Shown: positions 62,593 to 64,000 of the stretch, in pieces
How positions within the stretch are numbered: position 1 is the first letter of the stretch
Layout of the letters: every line of letters starts with the position of its first letter
Assembly (NCBI GenBank): GCA_016927655.1
Contig: JAFGMG010000010.1
Location: 16,180-80,179, forward strand
Length of the DNA stretch: 64,000 bases
Direction of reading: 5' to 3'
From: Candidatus Dojkabacteria bacterium
GTDB taxonomy: Bacteria > Patescibacteriota > Dojkabacteria > B142 > JAFGMG01
The notes under the pieces: generated by a model
What the model was told of the DNA's origin: nothing
The model's input: only the letters and a program-made list of their open reading frames with translations
Database searches by the model: none
Translations under genes and position numbers: made by a program

Positions 62593-62815
62593 TCAAAAGA
62601 GTGTATAAATTTCACATCGGTAAAAAATTGATAGGTTCTCATGCTAAACAAATCATCATGACGAACGACTACGGGGACAGTAAACAAATCCCCGTGTGGG
62701 GATTCCGCCAAACTTGTTTGTAGATTCACCTTCCCAGTATTGTGCCTATCAATAATTTTTTGCATGTATTCAACGGTAGGCCAAGAACTCCTCTCTATCA
62801 TTTCTATAATATCTA

Positions 62816-63532
62816 TTAATTTATAGCACTCGTTGGATACATAGTCTGATCATCTTCCAACATCCTTGTAAATCTATGATCATAAATTGCCATTAGATTC
62901 CTAACACTGTTGGATTTTAGCGCTTCCTTTTCTCCTTTTCCCTTTATCTCATTGTACTTGTCAATTCTACGTTTCAATTCTTTAGCGTCAATTGCAAAAT
63001 AGTATTCAGTAGAATCATCGGAGATACTACCCTGATATATTTCATCTCCAAATAACTCCAAAAATGCCCGATGCTGAACTTCGTTTGTAGTCCCGATTAA
63101 ATAGTCAATTTGTTCATCGGCTTGTCTTTGACCGTTCCAAACAACTAGTTTTACTATACCACCTGCAAGCATCTGGACTTTTTGAACAGCCCTTGGATCA
63201 TCTTTAACTGGGTTTAGTTCTCCAAAAGGTGCGAAATACAACTCCGCTTGGACCATAGAGTCACTTACCTTTGCTGAGCGATTTGGTAGTTTTTCAGCAG
63301 CTAAGTGTCCATGCCAAAAATTGATCATTACTCCTGTATTCCCAATGTATATATTTCCATTGCTAGTTTCTACAATCCTGTCAGTCATCCTATATTCAGG
63401 TTCATAAAACCATTTATCATTTTCAGGTGCACAATCCTGCTCACTTTTAAGATAATTTTTAAAAATAATTTCCCTCTGCCTACGGTATGGTTCCAATTTA
63501 GCTTCTAGTTCGGGGGAAAGATCAAGATCCAT
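62816..63532 (-). CDS. hypothetical protein
   Basis: 238 aa ORF. Confidence 0.4.
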   Translation of the reverse strand: MDLDLSPELEAKLEPYRRQREIIFKNYLKSEQDCAPENDKWFYEPEYRMTDRIVETSNGNIYIGNTGVMINFWHGHLAAEKLPNRSAKVSDSMVQAELYFAPFGELNPVKDDPRAVQKVQMLAGGIVKLVVWNGQRQADEQIDYLIGTTNEVQHRAFLELFGDEIYQGSISDDSTEYYFAIDAKELKRRIDKYNEIKGKGEKEALKSNSVRNLMAIYDHRFTRMLEDDQTMYPTSAIN

Positions 63533-63549
63533 TTATTAAGAAATCAAAG

Positions 63550-64000
63550 TTAAATGACTAATTTCCCATTCGTTACGACTATTCGCCGATCGGTAATTGG
63601 AGCATCAATATTAAACCCCTCCATTTCACACCCTGCCTCCTCGGCAATTAAAATCGGAGCTAGTATGTCAGGATTTTTCATAGTTCTTGATATATCTATA
63701 AATGCATCGTAACCTCCATCCGCTATATAACACAACACAGCACCTAACCCCCAAGAACGCACTCGATAGAAATCTTTCATAATATTATCGAATTCCTCCG
63801 GATCCCATTCACCTCTGCTAATATTCGGCGGTTCACAGTATATTATCGCCCTCTCAGGATCATCTACGTCCGAAGGCTTGCATTGATTGCCATTTCGATA
63901 AGAACCGCCGTCTTTGTGAGCAACAAACATATCACCGAACTTTGGAAGGTAAACAACCCCGATCAATACTTCCTTCGAATCTGCATCATAAAGTGCAACA
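63550..64000 (-). CDS. inositol monophosphatase/FBPase-family protein, C-terminal part (N-terminus off right edge)
   Basis: The frame stays open upstream of the displayed TTG start (…ALYDADSKEVLIGVVYLP…); IMPase-like C-terminal motifs. Confidence 0.5.
   Translation of the reverse strand, partial: VALYDADSKEVLIGVVYLPKFGDMFVAHKDGGSYRNGNQCKPSDVDDPERAIIYCEPPNISRGEWDPEEFDNIMKDFYRVRSWGLGAVLCYIADGGYDAFIDISRTMKNPDILAPILIAEEAGCEMEGFNIDAPITDRRIVVTNGKLVI

Noticed and set aside
62589-62801. 70 aa ORF in the convergent uvrA 3' intergenic region
   Set aside because: No RBS or motifs; overlaps the predicted hairpins; likely non-coding.

Overview
This is an AT-rich bacterial segment of roughly 35-38% GC, dense with small genes; by inference it resembles a Patescibacteria/CPR-like genome. 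Most of it is core housekeeping. DNA repair and replication: uvrC, a UvrD/PcrA-type helicase with a C-terminal RecB-like nuclease domain, uvrB, uvrA, endonuclease III, dnaE, and a class II ribonucleotide reductase. Cell envelope and division: mraY, ftsW plus murG, a second SEDS protein, the lipid II amidation pair murT/gatD, ftsE/ftsX with a coiled-coil M23 (PcsB/EnvC-like) peptidase, galU, UDP-glucose dehydrogenase and an SLT-like protein. Translation: S20, L21, L27, RF2, Pth, Tgt, KsgA, TruB, Asn/Asp-tRNA synthetase. Redox: Fe/Mn SOD, a DsbB-like protein and a DUF1858 redox-disulfide protein. Six tRNAs are present: Gly-CCC, Thr-CGT, a Phe-GAA/Val-TAC pair, Gly-GCC and Asn-GTT. No CRISPR array, transposase or restriction-modification system was seen. 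The non-core observations worth follow-up are these. (1) At the left edge, a LysW-like zinc-ribbon acidic-tail carrier protein sits immediately upstream of a truncated ATP-grasp ligase, divergent from a PLP fold-type II enzyme. (2) A protein with a nucleoside-2-deoxyribosyltransferase-like N-domain fused to a C-terminal ribbon-helix-helix lies divergent from uvrB, with an array of four CGTACAT boxes in the shared intergenic region. (3) A ~0.7 kb GC-elevated (~50%) intergenic island between ksgA and gatD carries no long ORF and may be a structured RNA and/or small-peptide genes. (4) Several core proteins carry unusual extensions: FtsE has a ~170 aa Lys/Glu-rich tail ending in an HhH-like motif, L27 has a histone-H1-like tail, and UvrD carries a PD-(D/E)xK nuclease. 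(5) A GNAT gene overlaps an upstream small ORF in a toxin-antitoxin-like arrangement. (6) A Fic-fold protein has a degenerate active-site motif and a C-terminal winged helix. All functional calls come from motifs read directly in the translations; no database search was run.
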